Source of the DNA: the human T2T-CHM13v2.0 reference genome, Homo sapiens
Direction: 5' to 3' (one strand)
DNA: 64,000 nucleotides
NCBI RefSeq assembly: GCF_009914755.1
Contig: NC_060926.1
The notes beneath the pieces were generated by a model. It was not told the DNA's origin. It ran no database searches and worked only from the letters and a program-made list of their open reading frames with translations. Positions 13,481 through 26,753 of the stretch are shown here, one piece after another; position 1 is the first letter of the stretch, and each line of letters begins with the position of its first letter. A program made the translations under genes and the position numbers.

Positions 13481-13688
13481 TCCTGCAGAGTACCATTGAA
13501 AAAGTTCATCTAATATGACGAAGCAAGCAACTGGCAAAAATTCGCTGGTGAAAAAAACCAAAAAATACTGAAGGCAGGTTTTCATATACCAAGTTGTTTC
13601 TGCCATAACATAGTGAAGTATACAGAAATAAGGCAATTGAGTTGAACAATGCTTTGTTGCTACCCCCACTTGCTAATCACTGAGCATT

Positions 13689-14032
13689 TGTATTAGTCCG
13701 TTCTCAGACTGCTGTAAAGATACTACCAGAGTCTGGGTAATTTATAAGGAAAGAGGTTTAATTGACATCCTGTTCTACATGAAAGGGGAGGCCTCAAGAA
13801 ACTTACAATCATGGTGGAAGGGGAAGCAGGCACGTCTTACATGGTGACAGGTGAGAGAGAGCGTGTTAAGGAGGAAGAGCTCCTTACAAAACTATCTGAT
13901 CTTGTGAGAACTCACTCACTATCAGGCAAACAGCATGGGGAAAATTGACCCCATGATCCAATCACCTCCCTCCCATGATACATGGGGATTACAGGTACCT
14001 CCCTAGACATGTGGGAATTACAGTGTGGGAAT
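13689..14032 (-). mobile_element. THE1D/MSTA-type MaLR solo LTR
   Basis: TGTATTAGTCCGTTCTCA...GGAAAGAGGTTTAATTGAC...CCCATGATCCAATCACCTCCC; the other terminus is lost in a CA repeat. Confidence 0.9.
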
Positions 14033-14033
14033 A

Positions 14034-14062
14034 CACACACACACACACACACGCACACACAC
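14034..14062. repeat. (CA)n microsatellite
   Basis: ACACAC... with one CG interruption. Confidence 0.9.
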
Positions 14063-15790
14063 TCCATATTTGGATTTTTTAGGCTCTACACATATATGGA
14101 GGGAAGGCTAAGGTGCACTGGTAAAAATAGCCCATCTAAGGATGGACAAAGTACTCCAACACAGAGTGAACCTGGAAAGACCCGGAGGTTTTTTTTGTTT
14201 TTTTTTTTTTTAATTTAACTTTTTACTTTTATGGCTCCAGGCATTTTATAAAATTTTTGTCAAATCGCTATTTGACCACCAAAATAATGAAACAGAAACT
14301 TCAGTGACCACACATAACAAAGAATATAGTTTTTACAAAATCAATTTTAAATAGCTAGTAAACAGATAATTCTAAACCCAAACCAGCAGCAACAACAAAC
14401 AACGGACAGTGTGAAGATACAGTTTCCAGAATTAACACATTATAATATCCAAAATGTTATTTAAAAAAATGACAAGGGATTAAAAAGAAAAACAAGAAAG
14501 TATGACCTATTCACAGGAAAAAAGAAGGAAATCAATATAAACTGTTCAGAAAGCCCAGACATTGGAATTCTTAACAAAAACTTTAAAAAAAACTTTTAAA
14601 ATTAAGTTCAATGAGCTGAAGTAGATTATAGACAAAGCACTAAAATAGACCAGGAGAATGAAGTCTCACCAAATACAGAATATTTATAAAAAGAAATTAT
14701 TTAAAAAACTAAATAATTATTCTGGAACTAAAAAGTATAATAAATAAAATTTTAAAATTGTTAGAAGATTTCAAATGCCCACTTATGCATGGACAAAGAG
14801 AGAATTTGTCAACCTGAAGATAGATTCATTGAGATTATCTAGCCTATGGAACAGAATTAAAAAAAAGAATAGAGCCTAAGAGATCTATGGGACACCATAC
14901 AGTGTACCAAAATTTAATGGACATCCTAGAGGGAGAAAGGAAAGAGAAAGGACAGAGTATATTTTCATAAACAATGGCTGTGAACTTCCCAAACAGGCTG
15001 AAAGTCATGAATCTAAACATCAAAGAAGCTCAATGAACTAGAACAAGTATAAACCCAGAAATCCATAACAAGACACATTATAAACAAACTGTCAAGAGTG
15101 AAAACAAGAGAATTTTAAAGCAGCCAGAGAGAAATGAATCATCAGGTATATATAATCCTTCTATTTTTCATCAGAAAATATAAAGACCGGAAAACTGTGA
15201 GCCATATACTTGATAAAACTCTCTTTTAAAAATGAAAAAAGAAATTAGTACATTCTCAGGCAAACAAAAGGAGTTTGCTGCTAATAGACCTGCAAATTAA
15301 GAATGGTGTAGTGCATTCTTTAAGGCTGAAATTTAAAAACACTAGACAGAAATTCTAAGCCATAAGAAGAAATAAAGAACATTGACAAAATAACTACATG
15401 ATAAATATAAATCTCAGTATTATTGTATTTGGGGTATAACTTTTTTTGATATTGTACTTTTGGTATGTAATAAAGGATCAACAAATAAATAGAAGACTTG
15501 AACACAATTATAAATCATTTAGATCTGTAAGATAGCTATAGAATGTTCTGCCCAACAACAGAGGAATGTACCTTCTTCTTAAGTTTATATGGAACATTCT
15601 CCAGAATAGACCACATATTATGGCATAGAATGACTATTGGCAAATTTAAAAATATTGAAATCCTACAAAATATTTTGTCTGACCACAGTGGAATAAAACT
15701 AATAAAATTAATAGAAGATAGAAAATTATAAAATTCAAAAATATGTAGAAATTAACACTCAAGCAATCAATAGATCAGAAAAATCAAAAG

Positions 15791-16068
15791 AGCCTGGGCA
15801 TAGTGGCTCCTGCCTATAATCCCAGTACTTTGAAAGGCAGAGGGAAGAGGGTTGCTTGAGCCCAGGAGTTTGAGACAAACCTGGGCAATATAGGGAGACC
15901 CTGTCTTTACCAAAAAAAAAAAAATGATTTTTTAAATTTATTAGGCATGGTAGCATGTGCTACTCAGGAGGCTGAGGTGGGAGAATGACTTGAGCCCAGG
16001 AGGTTGAGTCTTCAGTGGGCACCACTGCAATTACACCTGAGTGACAGAACAAAACCCTGTCTTTAAAA
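15791..16068 (+). mobile_element. AluJ
   Basis: GCTTGAGCCCAGGAGTTTGAGAC...GGCTGAGGTGGGAG; degenerate TSD AGAAAAATCAAAAG/AGAAAAGTTACAAG flanking the Alu plus GA tail. Confidence 0.88.
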
Positions 16069-16208
16069 AGACAGAAAGAGAGAGAGAGAACAAAAGGAAG
16101 AAAGAAACAAGAAAGAAGGAAAGGAAAGAAAGAAAGAAGGAAGGAAGGAGGGAGAGGGAGGGAGGGAGAGAGGGAAAGGAAGGGAAGGAAGGAAGGAAGA
16201 AAGAAAAG
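16069..16208. repeat. GA-rich low-complexity tail (GAAA/GAAG/GAGG)
   Basis: Uninterrupted purine run 16109-16208 derived from the Alu tail. Confidence 0.9.
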
Positions 16209-17048
16209 TTACAAGAGAAATTTGAAAATACTTTTAGAAAAATAAAAAACAAAATAACAAATAAAACATGGGATGCATCGAAAGCAATGCTCAGAGGGAA
16301 ACTTTTGGCTATAAATGCCTACATTAAAAAATATATATCTCAAATAACCTACCTTTTTGCCTTCAGAAACTTTAAAAAAGCAGAGTAAAACTATATGTAG
16401 CAGAAAGAAAGACAATACAAGTTAGACCAAAGATACAGAAAATGAGTAGAAAAACAATAGAAATAATCGATAAAAAGCAAAAGTGGGTTTTTAGAAAAGA
16501 TACAACAAAAGTGGCAAACATTTAGCTAGCCTAAGGAAAAAAAGAAAGGAGACTCAAATTACTAAAATAAAAAGTGAAACTTGGGACATTACTACTGACT
16601 TAACAAAAATAAAAAAGATGTATAAGAGAAGGCTGAAAAATTGCATGCCAACAAAACAATGAATTGGATAAATTACTGGAAACACACTCTAACAAAACTA
16701 ATGTAGGAAGAAATAGAAAAACTGAATGCATCTATAATTAATAAAAAATCTAAATCAATAGTCAACTTCTTCTGATAAAATAAAAGCCAAGGACAAGATA
16801 GTGTCACTGGCAAATTCTACAAAACATTTAAAAATGAACACTAATACCTTGCAAATTCTTCCAAGAAACAAAGGAAGAGAAAACACTTTCAAATTCATTC
16901 TATAATGCCAGTATTACCTTGATACCAAAGTCTTACAAAGGTATCATAAAAAACTTTAGACAAATATACTTTATTAATATCAATGCAAAAATACTTAATA
17001 AAACACTAGCAAAGTGAATCCAGCATCATGTTAAAATAATTATACACC

Positions 17049-17338
<290 letters not shown>

Positions 17339-17679
17339 AATAATTATACACCATAGCCAAGTGGTATTTCTCTGAAGAATGCAAGGTTGGTACAAAATAT
17401 AAGAATCAATCAATATAATGCAATAGAGGAGAAAACACAAATGATCATCTTAATTTATTTAGGAAAAAACACTTAAAAAAATTAAAGTCCATTCATAATA
17501 AAATACTCAATGTGTTAGGAATAGAAAGGAACTTCCTCAGCATGATAAAAAGTATTTATTAAAACAAACAAAAACCACAAGATAACACAATACCTAATGA
17601 TAAAAGAATGAAAGTGTTCCCCCTATGATTAAGAACAATGCAAAGATGCCCACTTTTGCCACTTCTATTCATTACTATA

Positions 17680-18070
17680 TGATATGGTTTGGCTGTGTGT
17701 CCCCACCTAAATCTCATGTTGAACTGCAATCCCCAGTGTTGGTGGAGGGGCTTGCTGGGAGGTGACTGGATCATGAGGGTGGTTTCTAATGGCTTGGCAC
17801 CATTCCCCTAGTACTGTCTCGTGATAGAGTTCTCATGAAATCTGGTTGTTGAAAAGTGTGTAGTGCCTCCCTCTTCACTTTCTCCTTCTCCACTCATGGA
17901 AGACATGCCTCCTTCCTCTTCACCTTCTGCCACGATTTTAAGTTTCCTGAGGCCTCCCCAGCCATGCTTCCTGTATAGCCTGCAGATCTATGAGTTAATT
18001 AAACCTGTTTTCTTTACAAACCACCCAGTCTCAGGTAGTTTTTTATAGCAATGCAAAATGGACTAATATG
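17680..18070 (+). mobile_element. MSTA-type MaLR solo LTR inserted in L1 ORF2
   Basis: TGATATGGTTTGGCTGTG...CCCAGTCTCAGGTAG...GGACTAATA; TSD CTATA/TTATA. Confidence 0.9.
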
Positions 18071-19973
18071 TTATACTAAAATTTCAAGCCAAAGAAGTCA
18101 GGCCAAAAAAAAAGTAGAGGAAAAAGAAACTATACCTAAATTGGAAAGAAGAAGGTAAAACTCTTATCTTTATTTGCAAATAGCATGATTCTATATGCAC
18201 AAAATTCCAAAGAATACATACACAAATAGGCCAAAAAATTTAATTCAGAAAAATTGCAGAGTATATGAAGAAGACAAATATCAGTTGTGTTTATGTATAC
18301 CAGCAATGACAATTCCATTTATAATCATGTCAAAATAATATAATACTTTGGAACATATTTAATTAAGGAGGCGAAAAAAGAACTTACTGAAAACTACAAA
18401 TCATTGCTGTAAAAAATTAAAGCCACCTAAGTAAGTGAAAATAATTCATGAATTGGAAGATTTATCAAGATGACACTACACCTCTAATTGATTTTTACCT
18501 TCAATACAACCCCTATCGCAATCCCTATTTCAATCTTATTACAAAGCTGATTCTTATATTCATATGTAATTTCAAGAGATCCCAAATATTCAAAACATCC
18601 CTAATAAAAATCAAAGTTACAAAATACACACTTCCCAATATCAAAACATATTATCTGGCTATAATAATCAAAACAATGTTGTACTGACACAGAGTTAGAT
18701 ATATACATCAATGGAATAGAATTGAGAGTGCAGATTTAAACATATATATGGATAGTCAATAGATTTTTGAAAAGAACTTTCAAGACCATTAAATGAGAAA
18801 AGAATAGTCTCTTTGACAAATAATGCAGGGGCAACTGGATAGCCACAGGCAAAAACAATGAGTTTAGATCTTTATCTGACACCATATACAAACATTAACT
18901 CTAAATGGATCAAAATCTAAGTATATGTGCTAAACCTATAAAACTATAAGAAAACATAGGAGTAAATTTTTATAATCTTGGATTTGGCCAGGGGTTCATA
19001 GATAGCACAAGCCTCAAAAACATACATACTGGACTTCTTCAATATTCAGAACTTTTGTGCATCAAAGAACACTTTCAATAGTGTAAAAAACCTGAAGAAT
19101 GTGACAAAATATTTTCAAATCAACATATCACATAAGAGGATAGTATCTAGAATATATTTTTAAAACCTCTTATACCTAAAAATAAAGACAAAATAATCCA
19201 ACTAGAAAATTGGCAAAGAACTCCAAGGGACATTTATCCAAAGAAGATATACAAGGGGCAAACAAGCACATGAGGAGCTGCTCAATATGTTAGTCAGTAG
19301 GGAAACACAAATCATACCCAAAAGGAGACACCACTTTACCCCCTCTCAATGGTTATAATTTATAAAATAAAACAAAAATGGAAAATATTAAGTATTGGCA
19401 TTGAACCCTCAGACATTGTTCATAGGAATTTCAAATGGTACAGTCACTGTGAAATACAGTCTGGCAGTTCTTCAGAAAGTTTATGACTATATGACACAGC
19501 AGTTCTACTTTTAGATAATACTGAAAAGATGTGAAATCCGGTGTTCAAACAAAAACTTGCGTGTTCATGGGAGCACTGTTCGCAGTAGCACTATTCACAG
19601 TGGCCACTGAATGTCCACCAAATGATGAATGAATAAAATGTGGTGTATACATGCAATGGAATATTAAGCATCCATAAAAAGCAATGAAGTACTGATACAT
19701 GTTCCAACATGGATGAACCTTGAATACATTATGGTAAGTTAAAGAGGCCAGACATGAAAGGCCACACACTCTATCATTCCATGCGGAATGGAATTAACTG
19801 CTTAATGTGAACTGGGTTTCCTTTTGGGCTGATGAAAATATTTTGGAATGAAATAGTGGTGATGGTTGCACAACATTATGAATGTACTCAATGCCACAGA
19901 ATTTTACTTAAAAATAGTTAAAATGGGAAAATGTATGTTATCTGTATTTACCACAGTCAAAGTGTTTGTTTTG

Positions 19974-20343
19974 CTTTTTGATCTGAGTCTCTGCCACAGC
20001 TGCAGAAGTGAGATGAGAAAGGGAATATCAGCGTCTAAAAGTCATCACAATAAGAAGCACACATTGTATCACCACTGTGGCTCTAAGTGTTACCACCTTC
20101 ACAAGACTTCCTGTGGCAAATGTGGCTACCCTGACAAGCACAAGAGGTAGAATAACTGCAGTGCCAAAGTGAAAAGACAAAATACCACAGGGATTTGTCA
20201 AATGAGGTACCTGAAAATTGTTTACTGGAGATTCAGGAACAGGGTCTGTGAAGGAATACGTAAACCCAAGAGGGCAGCTGTTGCAGCATCCAGTTCATCT
20301 TAAGAATTTCAATGATTAGTCATGCAATAAATGTTTTTTTAAA
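19974..20343 (+). pseudogene. RPL37: Processed pseudogene of ribosomal protein L37 (eL37)
   Basis: Intronless; ATG 20013 to TAA 20301-20303 reads [95 protein letters not shown], aligning to RPL37 ([52 protein letters not shown]...AAVAASSSS); premature TAG 20148-20150; one codon deleted; 5'UTR GCAGAAGTGAG; AATAAA 20326-20331. Confidence 0.95.
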
Positions 20344-23300
20344 TGTTTTGAATGGCCCTAAAATAGCTTCTACAAAGAGAAATGCTTTTATTAATATCTC
20401 TTAAAGGTATTAACTGAATTTTTGGTTATTTCTAGTAAATGTATTTAAGTTGAACAGATGTATCAGAATAGCATTTTGTTTTATGATGTTGCTCTCTGCT
20501 GGCCAAGCCATTAAATATGACATAACAGTCTTATAAGAAATATGCAACAGATTAGAAACTTCATCTTACAAAAATTCGAGGAAGCTTACAAAATTTTCTC
20601 CCAGTCTCTTGTAGTAAGCAATAACATATGTGATGACTATTTTCATGCTCTTAGCCTAAATTTAGCCATGGAAAAATGTAATTGAAAATATAAGCTCATC
20701 AGGCAATTTCACCCTCTCTTTTCATGATTCAGCTACTTCTTCCATTTGTGATTGTTACCTCTTGATAAATAGACAACATTTGGGCCAATGTGTTTAGGTC
20801 AAGAAATAGCCTCTTTGAACTTTCTGTCTCTGGTTTTAGGCTTTGAGAGTAATCCTACCTTTTCCCTTCCACATGACAACATCTTCTAAGTGTGTGATGG
20901 CCGTTAACAAATCCTGCTTCAGTATTTTCTGATACAGGCTCAATGTCCTAAGGTGCTAGTTACATCATGAGAATAACACTTCCTAGATCTGTACTGGCTC
21001 CCACCTCCGGATACTGTTATTTGTCAGTGTCATCTATAAAATGCAGACATATCAATCTCAGTGACTGTAACTATGTCTATTCTTGGGAATTGCCTGGAAA
21101 AGTTCTGCTTCAATGAGTTAAGGAGGGGCTCATACAGTGTAATTTTATAAAGAGTTTGAGTATCTCTGAGCTAGCCACTAAAATCCACTCTGATCTCCAT
21201 ATCCGTAGGATAATTCCTTTATCCCTTAGGCTAATCTGCTTGCTATGCCTTGGACATCATTTCCTCATACCCACCATCTGGTTCTTCAAAGGAAAATAGC
21301 TTCTGTTTGAAAATACCTTTATTTTTTTTTCCAAAACGCATATGCATTACTCACTAAAAGTTAACCCTTTCTGGAATGTCTCTCTGAAGCTCACATGATC
21401 AGTCTCGATATTGAGGAAGTTATACACAGAATGGATAGTAGCAAATAGCACAGAAGATGCCAGTTTTTAATCATTTGATAATGACCTTTATCAAATGGCA
21501 AAGGTAAAGGTGAGTGGACTCACACAGACTGTGAAAAAGGTGACATCAGCAGCATGACAGAATGAGACTCCTATCCCTCCTGCCACAGACACCCTGAGTA
21601 AATATCTAAACATGGGTCAATTTTCTCCAAGAGAAAGCCAGAATCTAGTTGAACTCCTACATACTGAAATATGCACATTAGAACTGATTTTTAAAGTGGA
21701 GATACATTCACACAGTAACCCCACTCTGAGCATAGCACCTTAAAATCGAGAAGGCAATACCAACTGTCAGCTTATTCCTGAGAAGTGAGTGGTTTGTACA
21801 ATACACATAATGTGCAACTTCTGAAGTTCCTGCCAGAGGACCTGGCTCTTAAATCACCTTGTTGCAGAACAGCATGGGCAGGGCATCTGAGAATTTCTCT
21901 CAAGCACAAAGAACAAAGAGGAGTTTTGAACCACATGAGCACTCTCAGCAGCTATGGCCCCTGGGATCAGCCCAGCTTATAACTTTCCCCTGAAAAGGGT
22001 TTGGCTGCACACTTTTACTGCAGCTTCCTGTGGTTCTGACCTCTAATAAGCCAGTATCTCAGAGCCTGCATAGGAAGTGAAGAATAAACCTTCTTAAGCC
22101 CAGATGGGAGGAAGAGCACCACTCCTTGTGGTTTCTTTCTTAGCTTGCTCCAGAGATAAATTCCATCTCCCATAGAAAGTAGAAAAGAGACTGAGGGACC
22201 TTGACATGACTAGAAGGGAATGTGGGCACTCCCTGTACTTTATTCCCTTGCTTGCTTCAGCAATAACTCCATGCCAGAAGTCTCTCCCTGCAAGGAGTAT
22301 GTGAGACTTCTGCATGCCTGAATGGAAAAGAGAGCACTCCTCATGCCTGCTTCCCTGGTCTGCTCCAGTGACAATTCTAGCCCTGCAATCTCTTCCTCGA
22401 TAAAGGTTAGAGGCCTCCGCTGGCAAAAAACGGGAAAGATGGCACTTTCCAGCCATGCTCCTTGGCTTGCTCCAGCAATAAATTAAGATATGAAGACTCT
22501 CAACGGAAATAGTTTCTGCACAGTCAACTCCCCTCCAAAGGATTTGCTCCTAAATCACCTAGCTCTGGGAGTTGAGGTTCTGCACTCCTGAGTCTACTAT
22601 CCCACAGACAACAAAAAGGTGACCTTTAAACTTCAAACATTAAGGATAAATCTCTCCAGGTTCAAAATGAGCAACTTGAGTGAGAGTACAGGTACGCACC
22701 ACAGATCCTTTCCGTGGTGTAGAGCAAAATAAGAATATAATATCTGAGCTCAAAAATTCAATAGAAAGGTCCAATAGCAGACTAGATCTAGAAGAAAAAA
22801 TGAATTAGCGAACTTGAATATAAGCCTTGAGAAATCATCTAATCTGAGGTGAAAATAAAGAATAAAATATAGTAAATATAACCTAAGGTACTAACTAACA
22901 AGATACCATCAAGTAGAATATTATACACATTATTGGATTTCCAGAAGGAAGATAAATAAAGAAAAGGACAGAAAACGTTTAAAGAAATAATGGCAGAAAA
23001 CTTACCAAGTCTGAAAAAGGAAATAGAGATCAGGAACCTCAATTGACATTGAATAGGATAAAAACAAAGAGACCTACACCAGGACACATTATAATCAAAT
23101 TGCCAAAAGTTAAAGACAAAGAGAAAATACTGAACACTGCCAGGGAAAGGTAACTTGTTATATATAAGAGAACCTCCATTAGAGTATTAGTAGAATTTTT
23201 GGCAGAAAATTGTTGCCCACCAAAAAAGAACAGAAGGTTCTGTTTATATATATAAACATGTACACACACATATATACGTATGTATATATAAGCAGAAAGA

Positions 23301-23760
23301 AAAAAAAACATCAACCAAGAATTCTGTCCAGCAATCCTCTCCTTCAGAAACAAAGGAGATTAAAAACTTTCTCAAGCAAATGAAAGCTGAGGGAATTTAT
23401 CACCACTAGACCCACCTTATGAGAGATGCTAAAGGGAATTCTTCAAGTTGAAGACAATGTTGTTAAGTAGCAATATAAAAATAGAAAATTCACTGGTAAA
23501 AATAAGTACATAGTCAAACTCAGCTCTAATACAGTAACAGTAATGTGAAAGTTAACTAAATCTCTAGTATTAAGGAAAAATGGCATTACTATTAACAATT
23601 ATATATAATGATTTATTAAAAAACAGGTTATAAAAGATGTATAATTTGATATAAAAACATAAGTTATAGTGGGGAAGTAAAATTGTAGTTTGTGCAAGTG
23701 ATCAAAGTTATTATCAGCTTAAAATAGCCTATTAGTATAAGATTTTTTTGTGTAAGCCTT

Positions 23761-23821
23761 ATAAGAATGCTTAAAGTAAGAGTGCTTAAGAGTAAGAATG
23801 CTTAAAGTAAGAATGCTTAAG
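23761..23821. repeat. Short tandem repeat, 15-16 bp unit AGTAAGAATGCTTAA x4
   Basis: ATAAGAATGCTTAAAGTAAGAGTGCTTAAGAGTAAGAATGCTTAAAGTAAGAATGCTTAAG. Confidence 0.9.
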
Positions 23822-24497
23822 AGATACACAAAAGATGAAAAGATTCAAAGCACACCACCACAGAAAACCATCAAGTCAAAAAAGAAGACAGCAAGAGAGG
23901 AAGATAGAAACAAAGAATCTGCAATTAATCAGAAAGAAATTTAAAGAAATAGTAATTAAAGAAATTTAATTTAAAGAAATAGCAATTAAAGATAGAGCAG
24001 TAGTAAGTTCTTATCTCTCAATAATCACTTTTGACTATAAATAGATTAAATTCTCAAATCAAAAGAGATTGAGTTGCTAAATATTTAACAGACCCAATCA
24101 TATGCTGCCTACAAGAAAATCACGTCACATTTAAGGAAGCATATAGAATAAAAATAAATAATAAAGTTATTTTAGGCAAATAAAAACCATTTACAGCATG
24201 GGTAGCTTAGGGTTAGATAATATAGACTTTAAAGTTAAAAATAGAAAAAGAGACACTAAAGACCATTATATAATGACAAATATTTCATTGAACAGATCAT
24301 CTAGACAAAAAAAAAAAAAACTTCTTTAATATTAGACTTGAACTACATTTTAAAGCAAATTAACCTAACAGATATTTAAAGAACATTCATCTATCTGCAA
24401 CAGAATGCATTCCTGTCAATGGAACATTCTCCAGGATAAATCCTATGTTTAGGACATAAAACAAATCTTAACAAACTTAAGAAGACTGAAATCCTAT

Positions 24498-25003
24498 TGT
24501 GTCGGGAGATGGTTCCTTCCAGTGGGTTTGTGGGCTTGCTGACTTCAAGAATGGAGCTGCAGACCTTTCTGGTGAGTGTTACAGCTCTTAAAGATGGCAC
24601 AGTCCCAAAGAGTGAGCAGCAGCAAGATTTATTGTGAAGAATTAAAGGACAAAACTTCCACACCGTGGAATGGTACCCGAGCCGGTTGCCACTGCTGGCT
24701 GGGGTGGCCAGCTTTTATTCCCTTATTTGTCCCCTCCCATGTTCCGTTTTTGTCCTATCAGAGTGTCCCTTTTTCAATCCTCCCTGCAACTGGCTACTTT
24801 TAGGATCCTGCTGATTGGTGCATTTTACAGAGTGCTGATTGGTGCATTTTACAATCCCCTTGCTAACTACAGAGTGCTGATTGGTGCATTTTACAATCTT
24901 AGCTACAGCACTCTGATTGGTGCATTTTACAATCCTCTTGTAAGACAAAAAAGTTCTCGAAGTCCCCACTAGACCCAGGAAGTCCTGCTGGCTTCACCTC
25001 TCA
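24498..25003 (-). mobile_element. LTR12 (LTR12F-like, HERV9) solo LTR
   Basis: TGTGTC...GCTGACTTCAAGAATG...GAGTGAGCAGCAGCAAGATTTATT...(CTGATTGGTGCATTTTACA)x4...GGCTTCACCTCTCA; perfect TSD CTAT at 24494-24497 and 25004-25007. Confidence 0.92.
24710..24930 (-). promoter_or_regulatory. LTR12 U3 promoter: four CCAAT (NF-Y) boxes plus AATAAAA TATA-like element
   Basis: ATTGG on the + strand at 24814, 24838, 24880 and 24916; GGAATAAAAG on the minus strand near 24713-24722; activity not shown by sequence. Confidence 0.6.
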
Positions 25004-26753
25004 CTATAAAGTATCTTTTCTAACCACAATGGCATGAAGCTAGAGATCAGTAACAGGAGGAATCTTGAGGAACTCACAAATATCTGGAAGTCCAGAACAA
25101 TTAATAGATCAAAAAGGAATTCTGTTAAATTAAAAAAAATCTTGAGAGCAACAAAAATAAAGAAAAGAATCCAAAACTTATGAGATACAGAAAAAGCAGT
25201 TCTGAGAGAAAAGTTTATAGCAATAACACTTACATCAAAAAAGAAAGACTACCTCAAATCACCTAACATTACACTTCAAGGAACCAAGAAAAAACTAAGT
25301 CCAAACTTAGCAGGAGAAAGAAAACAACAAAGATCAGAGTAGAAATAAATAAAATAGAGACTAGAAAAAATAATTGAAAAGATCAATGAAACTGAGTTTT
25401 TTTTTAAGAAAAGACAAACGAAACTGACAAGCATTAGCTAGATAAAAAGGGAGAAGACTCAAGTCAACAAACTCAGAAATGAAAGAGTAGACATTATAAC
25501 TGCCACCTTAGAAATACAAAGGATTTTAAGAGACAGCTATGAACAATAACACACCAACAAATTGGATAACTAGAATAAGTGGATGAATAGCTAGAAAAAT
25601 ACAATATATCAAGATTGATCAGAAGAAAAATGGCAAATATCAACAGCCCGAAAAGCAAGTATGGAGATTGAATCAGTAATAAAGTCTTCCATTCCAGTAC
25701 CTGATGGCTTTGCTGTAAAATTCTACCAAATATTTCAAGAAAGAGTAATACCAATCCTCTTCAACTTTTCCAGGAAATTGAAAAAGGGAAAATATTTTCG
25801 AATTCATTTTATGAGACCAGACTTATCCTGATATCAAAGCTGGACAAGGGGATAAAAGAAAATAAAACTACAGGTCAATATTCATGATGAGCATAGATGC
25901 ATAAAACCTTGACAAAGTACTAGCAAACCACAACCAATAGCACATTAAAAGGTTAATCATTATTATCAAGTGGGAGTTACCTTAGGGATGCAAGGATGTT
26001 TCAACATATTTAAATTGATAAATCTGATAGACTACATTAACAAAATGAAAGACAAAAGCCACATGATCATCTCAATAGATGCAGAAAAGGTGTTTACTAA
26101 GATTCAACATCTCTTTATAAGTTTTAACAACTCTCAAAATATAGGTATAGAAGTCACGTATCACGACTCAAGAAAGACATATATGACTTAACATCATTAT
26201 ATGAAAGTTTTTTCTCTACAATAGGAAGAAGACAAGAATCTTGAGTCTCACCACTTCTATTCAACGTAGTACTGAAAGTCCTAGCCAGAGAAACTAAGAA
26301 ATAAAAAGAAGCTCAAGACATTGAAATAGAAAAGGAATAAGTGAAATTATTTGTTTGTGAACAGCATTATATTATGTATAGAAAACCGTTAAAAAGTCTT
26401 AGAACTGAAAAACAGATTTAGTAAAGTTGCAGGTAAAAAAAATCAACATACCCAAATTAGTAGGATTTCTATGTACTAATAACAAACTATGTTAAAAAAA
26501 TTAAGAAAACAATCTCATTTACATTAAATCAAAAATAAAATAGGAATAAATTTAATCAAGGAAGTAAAAGATCTGTACACTGAAAACTTTAATACACAGA
26601 TAAAAAAATTGAAGACACAAATAAAAAGATACGTTCACTGATTAAAGGATTAATATTGTTAAAATTTTCATACCACCCAAAGCAATCTACAAATTTAATA
26701 TAATCTGTATGAAAATTCCAATGCCATTTTTCATATAAATAGAAAAAAACTTT

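Noticed and set aside
16041-16388. 115-aa Lys/Glu/Arg-rich ORF
   Set aside because: Translation of the GA-rich Alu tail joined to an L1 ORF2 fragment.
22110-22500. Regularly spaced motif resembling a CRISPR array
   Set aside because: The repeats are degenerate and the intervening sequences resemble each other; it lies in an L1 5'UTR with no cas genes.
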